This document shows, piece by piece, positions 30,443-45,140 of a DNA stretch of 64,000 nt (the stretch's first letter is position 1; each line of letters opens with the position of its first letter). The notes beneath the pieces were generated by a model that had not been told where the DNA came from, made no database searches, and saw only the letters and a list, made by a program, of their open reading frames with translations. Position numbers and translations under genes: made by a program. The DNA comes from a virus (lineage: Duplodnaviria; Caudoviricetes): positions 160,001-224,000 of the IMG/VR virus record IMGVR_UViG_3300029288_000063. One strand, written 5' to 3'.

Positions 30443-30740
30443 GCCCAAATTATATTGTTTTCTTCGGAGATGTTGGTAAAAAAACCCGGAGTTGTTGGTA
30501 GATTGTCACTTTTTGCCCTATGTCTGACACGTTTTATAAAGCCATGTACTGTCTGGGTTTATGCGGTCGTTTTTGCCCGTTTGGCTCTTCGTTTCTTCCG
30601 GATAATAACTATAATAGAGTATGATTGTCCACCCTCTTTGGATACCCGGAATGCTCTTGGGGGTGCCTTATTGGGTTGTTGTTAATTATTCTTTTATTAG
30701 TTGCCAAAGTAAGAGGTTAATATCTGAAAGGAGTAGGAAA

Positions 30741-31085
30741 ATGTCGTCAAGTCGGATTGCGAAGGAACTGTGTGTGATTGCCCGTGAGTTGGTTGGTGCG
30801 TCTGATATTGAGACGAAGGCGAAGGGTATTGCGGACAAGATCAATCGTTCGTCGAAAGTTCTTGAGGTGAAGTATGAGGTTGAGGAGAAGCGTCCGGGTA
30901 CGGTGGTGGTCTATTTTCGTGTGGAGTTGAAAGCGGACCCGTATGTGAATCCCGAGGGTGGTGTTTCTGTGTCGAACAAGTTCCGCAACGAGATGGAAGC
31001 TGCGTGCAAGAATGCGTTCGGTGAGGAGATTGACTGGAACAACACTGGAACGACTGGTTGGGTGTATATCCGCGAGCAGGCGTGA
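30741..31085 (+). CDS. hypothetical protein with N-terminal helical tag
   Basis: MSSSRIAKELCVIARELVG; AAGGAG RBS. Confidence 0.75.
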   Translation: MSSSRIAKELCVIARELVGASDIETKAKGIADKINRSSKVLEVKYEVEEKRPGTVVVYFRVELKADPYVNPEGGVSVSNKFRNEMEAACKNAFGEEIDWNNTGTTGWVYIREQA

Positions 31086-31097
31086 GGTTTATCCACA

Positions 31098-31481
31098 ATG
31101 GGTCACAACTCGTCTGTAGCGCGTTCTTTGTTGCGTATAGCCCGTCTTATGCTCTCGGGTAAAGAAAAGCCGTCCACGGCGTTTGAGGCGGCTTTTTGGG
31201 ATGTTCGTGAGAAGCTTCGTGCGGTAAAGGATGAGTTATCGGGGCGTGCGCGTGCGGGTTTGGAGTCGCGTCTGGTGGGTGATTTGCGTGGGCGTGGGTA
31301 TGAGGTGTTGGGTTGTGAGGTGAAGCTTGGGAAGTTTCGCGGGTCGTATTTTGTGACGTCGTGTCCGTTGCAGGTGCGAGGTGAGGCGAAGGGTTTGGAG
31401 GGGTATTTGGTTCAGACCTATAGTCCGAAGTTTCGGTTGAAGTCGTTTGAGGGTGGTATTTCCGTGTTTAACGTTCGGTGA
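31098..31481 (+). CDS. hypothetical protein with N-terminal helical tag
   Basis: SSVARSLLRIARLMLSG. Confidence 0.7.
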   Translation: MGHNSSVARSLLRIARLMLSGKEKPSTAFEAAFWDVREKLRAVKDELSGRARAGLESRLVGDLRGRGYEVLGCEVKLGKFRGSYFVTSCPLQVRGEAKGLEGYLVQTYSPKFRLKSFEGGISVFNVR

Positions 31482-31491
31482 GGGTAGTTTT

Positions 31492-32314
31492 ATGGAAGCG
31501 ATTTCGTTGACGCGTAAGGAACATGACAAGTTTATGCCGCTGGGTGACGCCGATGCGAAGGTGCTTCAGGGCATCAAGTCGAAGTGGAGTTTGGGCGGCG
31601 TGGTGTATATGCCGAGGAACGATAGGGAATTGGCGTTTTTGAAGCGTGTGTTCAAGAAAGCGATGGATAAGCAGAAGCTTGCTGGTGATTGCGAAGGGGC
31701 TTCTTGGCTTTGGCGGCAAGCTTGTTGGCAAGGAGTTTCGTTTGACGTGGGGGAACCTTGGGCTGGAGCTTCAAGAGCTTCATGCGCCGGGTTTGAAGCG
31801 GCTTCGTTTGTTTCATGCGAACGTGTGGGGTGGTGGGAATTTCCGTATCCTGAATGTTGAAAACTTCGTGGACAAGGTTGCGCCGGGCATGAGTTATGAG
31901 CAGGCGAAGATGTCCATCCAGAAGCAAATCGACGAGATGAAGGTGCTTGAGGTAAAGAAGTATGGCACCGACCCGAAGCATATGCAGTATGCGGTAAACA
32001 CGAATGAGGAGATGCTGAGTGCGCTGAAGGTTGAGCCGGAGGGCATGGATGCCATTTCGGTGGAGGCGAAGGGGTTCACGATTGAGTCGAAGTGGGCGAG
32101 TTTCAAGGCGTATAGCCCTGAAAGTGACATGGGGACGTCTGGCGACCCGTCGTATGCGGTTATTGAATCGAAGAGCGCGGGTGCGGCGCGGAAGCTTTAT
32201 AAGCTGCTGCGTCAGAATCCTGATGCTTTGAAGGGTGTTTCATGGGACGCGTTTTCGTCGTGGCTTGATCGGAACGGCGTGGCGTATGAGTATCACTTCA
32301 GCCAATGGCATTGA
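31492..32314 (+). pseudogene. tagged hypothetical protein apparently split by a frameshift at about 31645-31690
   Basis: frame A MEAISLTR...MDKQKLAG overlaps the +1 frame B SLLVIAKGLLG...HFSQWH, which has no RBS. Confidence 0.5.
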
Positions 32315-32327
32315 GAGGAGAGTTATC

Positions 32328-33377
32328 ATGGGTGGTTCATATACTCCGGTTCAGGGGTGGTTTTCTTTTTGGGGCAAGGGTGTGTTCAATGTTGACTTCG
32401 TGAATGACCTGAACAGGGTGATGGTGAAGTCGAAGGAGTTGGGCGAAGATGTGTTTTTGAAGTTTGATATGGGGAACAAGACATCTGCCGGTATTTCGAA
32501 TCGTGGTCGTGAGTTGAAGGGTGAGTATCCCGAGACGGTGATTTTGTGTACGTATCCCAAGGGTGTGACGGAAGCGGAGTTATTGAAGGTTGTGAAACCG
32601 GTGGCGCAGTCGCACAAGTTGAATGTGGAGTTTTTGGGGAAGACGAAGAAGAAGCCGGAGTTCCGTAAGGCGGGCGAGAGGGTTGCGTGGGAGCGTTGGG
32701 ATGAGGCGTCTGTGTTGCAGATGTTGAAAGACGAGCCGAGGCGGATTGAGTATTACAACGAGTGGCTGTCCCGAGGCGACCCGATTGACGAGGATGATGG
32801 GTTGTTGGATTCCCTTGATTCGCTTTTGAAGAAAAAGAAGATTCGGGTGAATGGTCATCGTGTTGTGATTGCGTCCGGTTTGAACCGGAAGAAGGCTATT
32901 GACCTGATCAATTCGTTCAACAACGCCAAGTTCATTGATATCCGTACTGCCCCGAAGAAGGGTGCCGGTTCGATGTATGTGTTTAGGGCGTCGAAGTTTG
33001 CGGCGGATGGAATTTTGAAGGCATGGCGTCGTGCGTATCCGCAGAACGAGGTTGAGTTGAAGTATATGGGTCCGGTTGGTGGAGAGGTGTTGTTGTGGGG
33101 TATTTTCATCATTATGGAGCCTGTCAAGGCGTCTGTGCAGGACATTGTGGCTTCTTGCGTTCGTGAGGCTATGATGAACGTCTCCAAGGACGCTGAGATG
33201 GCTGAAGACATTCTGAAAGACCTGAAGCGGCTTCAGGGGTATTTGACGAAAGCTGTTGTCGAGTTGGAGAAGGTGAAGGGTGGTGGCGAGAGTCCGTTGA
33301 ATTCCACCTCGCAGGTTGTTGCCATGCTTCGTGATGGCAAGCATTTCTCCAAAGCTGTTGAGTATTTCTTTGCGTGA
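32328..33377 (+). CDS. hypothetical multi-module late protein
   Basis: GAGGAG RBS; modules joined by RKAG, VIAS and VKAS linkers. Confidence 0.7.
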   Translation: MGGSYTPVQGWFSFWGKGVFNVDFVNDLNRVMVKSKELGEDVFLKFDMGNKTSAGISNRGRELKGEYPETVILCTYPKGVTEAELLKVVKPVAQSHKLNVEFLGKTKKKPEFRKAGERVAWERWDEASVLQMLKDEPRRIEYYNEWLSRGDPIDEDDGLLDSLDSLLKKKKIRVNGHRVVIASGLNRKKAIDLINSFNNAKFIDIRTAPKKGAGSMYVFRASKFAADGILKAWRRAYPQNEVELKYMGPVGGEVLLWGIFIIMEPVKASVQDIVASCVREAMMNVSKDAEMAEDILKDLKRLQGYLTKAVVELEKVKGGGESPLNSTSQVVAMLRDGKHFSKAVEYFFA

Positions 33378-33388
33378 GGGGGTGGGGA

Positions 33389-35086
33389 ATGCCATACGAT
33401 AGCGTGCAGGACGCTGTGAAGCGTCATCCGAATTTGGGGAAGTATAGTGCGAAGGCGCAGCGCGCTTTTGTGTCGGCGTTCAATAGTGCCTTTGAGTCGG
33501 GGAAGGACGAGGGTACTTGTTTTGCGATAGCGTATGCGGCGGCGAACAAGGTGGATGGGAAGACGTCAGCGGAGCATGAATGGTTTGATGACCGTTCGCA
33601 GCATGACATTCTGCACCAACTGGATGATGAGCCGTCGTGGGTTGAGGTGACGGAGCATAGAGACCCGTGGAAGTCGGTGAAGTGGGCGGCGGCGGTTGAG
33701 TTGGTTCGTGTGGCGAACATTTTGTCGTATGTGCAAGAGGGGAAATTCAAGGAGCGTCGTGAGGTTGAGTCGGCGGCGCGGTTGATGAAGCTGGTGATGC
33801 GCAAGATGGAGATGCCGGAGGCGGCGTCTGCCATGAATGACATTGGGGTTTTGGCGCATGGTCGTGGTGATGTGCGTGATTTGCCGGATATTGTTTTGAA
33901 GAACTTCAACGGGTTTCGTGGTTGGGGTGCGGGTGATTTTGCCGTGTTGTATTCGGAGTTGACGAAAGCCCGTGTGGTTCGTGAGATGGCGTTATCGGCG
34001 GCTGTTTCTGATGTTGTGAAGCGGATTAACGAGTCACCGCTTTCGCCGCAAGACAAGAGCGAGATGTTACGGCGTCCGGACAAGTTGAGTTTACCTGAGA
34101 GTGGTCGTTTATATCGCCGGGTGAATTTTGACCGTGAGGAGCAGATGTTCCCCGGTCGTCGTTGTCGTGTTGACTGGAAAAACCATGCGAAGTATCGTGC
34201 GGAGTTGCGTGGGATAGACCCGGACGAGATGTCGCATGAGGTTTGTGATTATATTCGTGAGCGTCATTTTGATAAGACGAATCCGAAAATTGAGCCGCCC
34301 AAACCGGACAATACCCGCGTAAAGGTTCCCGAAGGTGTTGCGGTGGTTGAGTATGATGCGAGGAAAGACCCGGTTCCGGTGGATGTGATTACCACGTGGG
34401 CGTCTGTTGGACGTATTGCTGCGAATTTGTCGGCAAGGTTAAAAAAGCTGATAGAGGATATCGTTGACGATTTTATTGATTTCAATCGGTCGAACGGTAC
34501 TCGAAGACAGGCGTTGGATACGCTTAAGTCGATGATGATGCGTGGTTTATATGGTTTGGAGGCGAAAGAGGAGTATTTTCGAGGTATGCCTGATTTTCGT
34601 AGGGCGTTAGAATATACTCTTTTGCGTCGTCTGCGTTTGAATGAGGTTGTTGCTTCGTCTGGCGTGTCTGGTTTTGAGGGTTTGTTTCGTCATATATTGG
34701 ATGATGAGGATTATGTCCAGACCTCTGATGTTGAAATAGACTACACGGTAGAGCCAGCGCAACATGGTGGCAGGTGGGACGAATCATATGGGGCGTATGT
34801 TGACGAGGTTAATATTGCCGGTATGGTTTGGTTGAAAATAAAGCTATCTCGGCTTGGTTTGTCTGTTGGTGATTTGTCTGAATCCGTTAGTGATTTGTTG
34901 TCCAGAAAAAAACGTTTTGAGTTTTCCGTGGAAAGTGATTTTGGTGATATCAATGTTGTCGGGGTGTTGGTTCGGGTAAAACCTTCAGGTTCGGATGTGC
35001 TGTTTGGTTTTGAAAAGCTTACGGTTGCGGATAAGAGTCTTAAACTGTTAAAAAAGAAGATTCAAAGATCGGAGGAAGAAAGATGA
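33389..35086 (+). CDS. ChaB-domain multi-module protein with an internal tag
   Basis: MPYDS...AQRAFVSAFNSA...FAIAYAA (ChaB-like); internal AAVELVRVANILS. Confidence 0.7.
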   Translation: MPYDSVQDAVKRHPNLGKYSAKAQRAFVSAFNSAFESGKDEGTCFAIAYAAANKVDGKTSAEHEWFDDRSQHDILHQLDDEPSWVEVTEHRDPWKSVKWAAAVELVRVANILSYVQEGKFKERREVESAARLMKLVMRKMEMPEAASAMNDIGVLAHGRGDVRDLPDIVLKNFNGFRGWGAGDFAVLYSELTKARVVREMALSAAVSDVVKRINESPLSPQDKSEMLRRPDKLSLPESGRLYRRVNFDREEQMFPGRRCRVDWKNHAKYRAELRGIDPDEMSHEVCDYIRERHFDKTNPKIEPPKPDNTRVKVPEGVAVVEYDARKDPVPVDVITTWASVGRIAANLSARLKKLIEDIVDDFIDFNRSNGTRRQALDTLKSMMMRGLYGLEAKEEYFRGMPDFRRALEYTLLRRLRLNEVVASSGVSGFEGLFRHILDDEDYVQTSDVEIDYTVEPAQHGGRWDESYGAYVDEVNIAGMVWLKIKLSRLGLSVGDLSESVSDLLSRKKRFEFSVESDFGDINVVGVLVRVKPSGSDVLFGFEKLTVADKSLKLLKKKIQRSEEER

Positions 35087-35829
35087 TTGGGAATCGTGAA
35101 TTATCCGCCGAACTGGTTTTGGTGGCGTCGTTGTTGGATGAAAAACAGTTTGGCTGCCGAACTGTTGTTGCGGCTGTGAAGGATATCCTTGGTACGTCTG
35201 ATGATGGTCTCGTTGACCGTGTTGCATCGTCGGTTCGTTGTGCCGCGCCTGATGAGAAGGCGCATGCGCTTGAGGGAATTCAGTATAACCTTCGGATGAT
35301 GACGTCCTTTGCCAGCAATGGTGATGGTTTTAACGTGGAAGGTTTTATGAGGAGTCTGAACGCTCTTATGAAGGATGTCAAGGAATATCAGAGGGCTGAA
35401 AAGTCCGTATCCGTTGCGAGGGGTCCGGTGCAGGATGCGATTGAGGCGTATGGTGACATTCACAAGCTCAAGACGAGGAACCTGAGTTGGCGTGGTCAAT
35501 TTGTCAGTTCGGCCGAGGTTCAAAAGGTGATGCAGGTGTCGGTGCCGGATGGATATAACGGTTTTAATGCGAAAAAGGTATCGGGTGCCGTTGCGAAGTT
35601 TTCGGCGTACAAGTGGGCGTTTGCCCGTGAGGGTAGTCCGGCGTTGTACTGCAAGGGCATCAAGACGAAAGACGAGGTTTTGAAGCTGTTTAGTGAGTTT
35701 GAAGATGTTGATGCCGACGAGCTTCATGTTATCTGGAAGGGGAAGTATTATTCCCGGTTATCGCGTAATAACATGAGTGAATTGCCTGAAGACCTGAGTG
35801 GTGCCCTGTGTCGGTTTTGGTGGGACTGA
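35083..35829 (+). CDS. hypothetical protein with N-terminal tag
   Basis: RELSAELVLVASLLD; AREGSPALY...ADE...RFWWD domain. Confidence 0.7.
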   Translation: MIGNRELSAELVLVASLLDEKQFGCRTVVAAVKDILGTSDDGLVDRVASSVRCAAPDEKAHALEGIQYNLRMMTSFASNGDGFNVEGFMRSLNALMKDVKEYQRAEKSVSVARGPVQDAIEAYGDIHKLKTRNLSWRGQFVSSAEVQKVMQVSVPDGYNGFNAKKVSGAVAKFSAYKWAFAREGSPALYCKGIKTKDEVLKLFSEFEDVDADELHVIWKGKYYSRLSRNNMSELPEDLSGALCRFWWD

Positions 35830-35957
35830 GTCAGATTTTGTTGCATGATTTGTTTTGAGGGTAATTTTTGTAAAGATTTAACAGCAAAACCTCAATGAGG
35901 TTTTGCTATTTTTTTTATTATCGTGAATGTATGGATAACTGTTTGGAGGAAAACATT

Positions 35958-36920
35958 ATGTGGGATTTCATAATTTATCTTATTCGTCGTTTTTTTGGTT
36001 TGTGTGCAGGGGATGTTCAGGTTGCAACCTCATCTGTAAGTGTTACAGAGCAGACAACTTATGGAGATAATGCCATGACAAACAATCGTTATGCCCTTTT
36101 AGTTGGCATCAATAAGTACACGTCGATGCAAGGTGCGGATTTGAACGGTTGTGTGAATGATGTGAATGATATGTACTATCGCTTGACGAAACATTATGGA
36201 TTCCCCGAGGACAACATTCGTGTTCTGTGTGATGCTCGTGCGACACAACAGAACATTTTGGAGCGTTTGGAATGGCTGGTATCGTCCGCGAAGCCGGGCG
36301 ACCAGTTGGTTTTCCACTATAGTGGGCATGGTTCGTCGATTCGTTGCCGTGTTGACGACAAATTGGAAGACGAAGAGTGTCAGATTTTGTGTCCGACGGA
36401 TATGGATTGGGATAACCCGTTGACTGATAAGATGTTGGCTCAGTTTTTCAAGCGCATCCCTGCGGGTGCGTTTTTGACGTTTATCTGTGATTCGTGCCAC
36501 AGTGGGACTATGGATCGTGGTGCGTTCCCTATTGGGAATCCACATGAGACAAAAATTCGCTTTATGCCGCCGCCCTTTGATATTTCGGTTCGTTCGCGTT
36601 CGGTGTTGCCGGTGAATCGCGTTGGTTGGAAAGATCTGAATGGTCCAAAAAACGGGAACATTGCGTTTTTTGATACTCGGCATTTATTGTTGTCGGGTTG
36701 CCGTGATAATCAGACTTCTGCGGACGCGTTTATTGGTGGGCAATATAATGGCGCGATGACGGCGGCGTTAAAAAAGGCGTTGGATAGCAATTTGGATGCG
36801 GATTGGTTTACTGTTCACACTGAGATGCTTAAATATCTAACATCGGAAAAATTCACTCAGGTTCCGCAGTTGAGTGGTCCTGAAAAGGTGCTGAAACAGT
36901 CGGTTTTTCGTGGGCTGTGA
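35958..36920 (+). CDS. caspase-family peptidase C14 (metacaspase-like)
   Basis: YALLVGINKY, LNGCVND, HYSGHG, DSCHSG dyad, SGCRDNQTSAD, QVPQL. Confidence 0.92.
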   Translation: MWDFIIYLIRRFFGLCAGDVQVATSSVSVTEQTTYGDNAMTNNRYALLVGINKYTSMQGADLNGCVNDVNDMYYRLTKHYGFPEDNIRVLCDARATQQNILERLEWLVSSAKPGDQLVFHYSGHGSSIRCRVDDKLEDEECQILCPTDMDWDNPLTDKMLAQFFKRIPAGAFLTFICDSCHSGTMDRGAFPIGNPHETKIRFMPPPFDISVRSRSVLPVNRVGWKDLNGPKNGNIAFFDTRHLLLSGCRDNQTSADAFIGGQYNGAMTAALKKALDSNLDADWFTVHTEMLKYLTSEKFTQVPQLSGPEKVLKQSVFRGL

Positions 36921-36990
36921 TTTTTTTTTTGATGCTTGTCGTTAAATGATACTGACGTGCATCGTTTTACATATGGACAGAGCTGGAGGA

Positions 36991-37237
36991 ACGAAATGAG
37001 GAGGTGGCAGGCTAATCGTTCGTTTTTCATGTCGGACATCATCAACCACTTGAAGCCCGATTCTGATTTTGAAAAAATTGCCCGTGTAAAGCAGGGTGAT
37101 TTTATTTATGAATCGGTGAACGCAGAACGTATTGTTGTAAACGGACGTTCGGTTTTGGGTGATTTTAGTACGGGTGGTTGGAAGGGGTATTGCACCTATA
37201 TTGGTGATATTGCCGAGAATGAAATAGGCGATACAGG
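36991..37237 (+). repeat. direct repeat copy 1 (shared fibre N-terminal module)
   Basis: colinear with 39328-39574; 56 bp identical core at 37038-37093. Confidence 0.95.
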
Positions 37238-37754
37238 CACGGGTAGTGGGGGTGCTGATGGTGCTGCCGGATATCTTTATCAGTACACGGCACAAGCTCT
37301 TGAAAGCCCTTTTGATGCTGATTGGGCTGTAAATAGCAATGCCGCGATAAGTGCCGATGCTTCAAATGCTGGTATTGTTGTCAGGCTTTTTGGTGATTCT
37401 GCCGAAAGCGGAGCCGGAACCCAATCAGTTGTGGTTCCGGACAACGTAACAGATATGATTATCTCCCTGCATTGGCGGGCTGTAACGGCCCCCGGTGGTA
37501 CGGTTGGTTGTGTTTGGAAACTGTATCATCGCAGCGAAAACAACACAGTAAGCGCATGGTCGAATCAGGTCTTGAATACGGCAAGCATCTCTAATGCCGA
37601 ATGGAAATCAACAAGCCAAACAATCAGCCTTTCGACGCTTGGTATTACAGCGGGCGACAAGAGGCAATTTGAGATTACGAGAGTACCCACGGAAGCGGAA
37701 GACACTCTTGCGGGGAATGCGGCTTTGGAATCTATTGTTTTGGAGTTTGTCTAA
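36996..37754 (+). CDS. putative virion fibre/appendage protein
   Basis: GGAGGA RBS; first ~80 aa shared with the large collagen fibre; beta-sandwich-like C-terminus. Confidence 0.65.
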   Translation: MRRWQANRSFFMSDIINHLKPDSDFEKIARVKQGDFIYESVNAERIVVNGRSVLGDFSTGGWKGYCTYIGDIAENEIGDTGTGSGGADGAAGYLYQYTAQALESPFDADWAVNSNAAISADASNAGIVVRLFGDSAESGAGTQSVVVPDNVTDMIISLHWRAVTAPGGTVGCVWKLYHRSENNTVSAWSNQVLNTASISNAEWKSTSQTISLSTLGITAGDKRQFEITRVPTEAEDTLAGNAALESIVLEFV

Positions 37755-37755
37755 A

Positions 37756-38436
37756 ATGGCGGTGACAGGATCAATCGCTCTGAACTTTGGTCTGCAAGAC
37801 CAATACAGGATTACGGATAGCATCACGCTGTGTTGTTGGGCAAACCTTTCATCGTCGTCAACATTTCCGTGCCTGATTTCAAGGGGAATCCTTAACGCTG
37901 GTGATAGTTATTGTCTTTACCAAAATAACAGCAACCAGTTGTGTTTTGGTTTTTGTTATGGTGCCGCAAGTGGCTCCAGATACATTATTGTATACACGCC
38001 AACCATACATGGTGTACTGCATCATTTCGCGGGTGTAAGGGACAGGGCGGCTGGAAAAATGTATATATATGTCGATGGAGTTCCAGTAGTCGACACCAAC
38101 GTATCATCAACGCTGTATATCTATAACGGAACAGTACCATTGTATGTCGGAAATAATAGCAGACCCTTGTCTGGAATAATTTTCGATGCAAGGGTCTACA
38201 ATAGGGCATTGTCGGCGGCTGAGATTGCCGGTATATGCGGGGCAAGAGGGTGTGATAATGTTTTAGATTCATCGCTTGTTTTGCGGACATGCATTAACAA
38301 CGGATATGCTTGGAATAGTCTTACTGGACAAACTGTCTATGACCACAGTACATTCAAGAACCAAGCAGCAGGATCTGGATCAATGTCAGTAGCGGAAGAC
38401 CCATATGGCACGGTAAAGTCTCCGTTGATTCTCTAA
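37756..38436 (+). CDS. LamG/concanavalin-A-like domain protein
   Basis: HHFAGV...IYVDG...DARVYNRALSAAEI. Confidence 0.85.
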   Translation: MAVTGSIALNFGLQDQYRITDSITLCCWANLSSSSTFPCLISRGILNAGDSYCLYQNNSNQLCFGFCYGAASGSRYIIVYTPTIHGVLHHFAGVRDRAAGKMYIYVDGVPVVDTNVSSTLYIYNGTVPLYVGNNSRPLSGIIFDARVYNRALSAAEIAGICGARGCDNVLDSSLVLRTCINNGYAWNSLTGQTVYDHSTFKNQAAGSGSMSVAEDPYGTVKSPLIL

Positions 38437-38453
38437 CATCAGGAGGTAAAAAG

Positions 38454-38819
38454 ATGTCAGTATATGCAAGTAATGACATTCCAGCCAAGACAAGCAAGGT
38501 CCAAAAAGACGGATTTGAACTTGTAACGGCTGTGGCGAACTGTAACCCAATGTATTGGGTGCGTGAAGGTGAGGTTATCCGGGAAATGACAGAGACGGAA
38601 AAACTGTCTGCTTATCCGGTAACCCAGCCGACAGATCAGGAAAATGCACTTTCCGAAATATCACAAAGGGATGATCTCGGTACTGACATCAGGATGCTGG
38701 AAGATGTTGTTGGTTGTCTTGTTTCCAAGGGTGTTATTACTCTTGAGGACTTGCCGGAAGCGGCACAGGTAAGGATTTTGGCTCGTCAATCAATCAGGAC
38801 ACGAATCAGGGGTGAATAA
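38454..38819 (+). CDS. hypothetical protein (fibre-assembly-like)
   Basis: IRMLEDVV..L..KGVI.LEDLPEAAQ; AGGAGG RBS. Confidence 0.6.
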   Translation: MSVYASNDIPAKTSKVQKDGFELVTAVANCNPMYWVREGEVIREMTETEKLSAYPVTQPTDQENALSEISQRDDLGTDIRMLEDVVGCLVSKGVITLEDLPEAAQVRILARQSIRTRIRGE

Positions 38820-38824
38820 ATATC

Positions 38825-38871
38825 TTTAGAAAAGAAACAACAAAATGAGAAAATTGCAGGCACGTATCTGA
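38825..38871 (+). repeat. degenerate third copy of the fibre gene 5' end
   Basis: tttagaaaagaaacaacaaaATGagaaaattgcaggc vs tttggaaaaggaaaaaacgaaATGagaaaatggcaggc; reads MRKLQARI*. Confidence 0.6.
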
Positions 38872-38942
38872 GCAACATTCGAATTGTCAATCGTGTGTTG
38901 GATGTTTCAATAGCATTTTCTCCGATTCGTTGAGGGGTTTTT

Positions 38943-39281
38943 ATGTTTTGGCCGAAATGTATGACGTATGGCAACTGGGGTGGTCCGGGTTGGTGTGGTG
39001 GTCGGTATTTGTCGTCTGAAGAAAGAATGAGGATGACGGAAGAAGAGTATGCGGAATTATGGACTGTTCCGGCGCAAGACGAGATAGATGCATGTTTCAA
39101 ACGGCATGATTGGGAATATCAACACGGTTTTGATCGCGGTTTTGCCGATTTGAATTTGGTAAATAGTCTTGAATTGATAAATCCTGTTGGTTTGTGGTCA
39201 AACGTTTATTGGTATGCAGCTATTGTCGTTTTTAGTCTTACTGGTTGTATTCGCAGGATTCGTTCTATTTTTAATAAATAA
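38943..39281 (+). CDS. phospholipase A2-like protein
   Basis: YGNWGGPG loop and DEIDACFKRHDWEY (HDxxY) motif; hydrophobic C-terminus. Confidence 0.75.
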   Translation: MFWPKCMTYGNWGGPGWCGGRYLSSEERMRMTEEEYAELWTVPAQDEIDACFKRHDWEYQHGFDRGFADLNLVNSLELINPVGLWSNVYWYAAIVVFSLTGCIRRIRSIFNK

Positions 39282-39293
39282 ATTATTTTATAA

Positions 39294-45103
<5,810 letters not shown>

Positions 45104-45140
45104 ACTCCGTTAAACGGAAAATATTGATAGGAGAAAAAGA

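Noticed and set aside
29561-30685. 374-aa plus-strand ORF
   Set aside because: It is the antisense shadow of the HNH gene, which carries the recognisable motifs.
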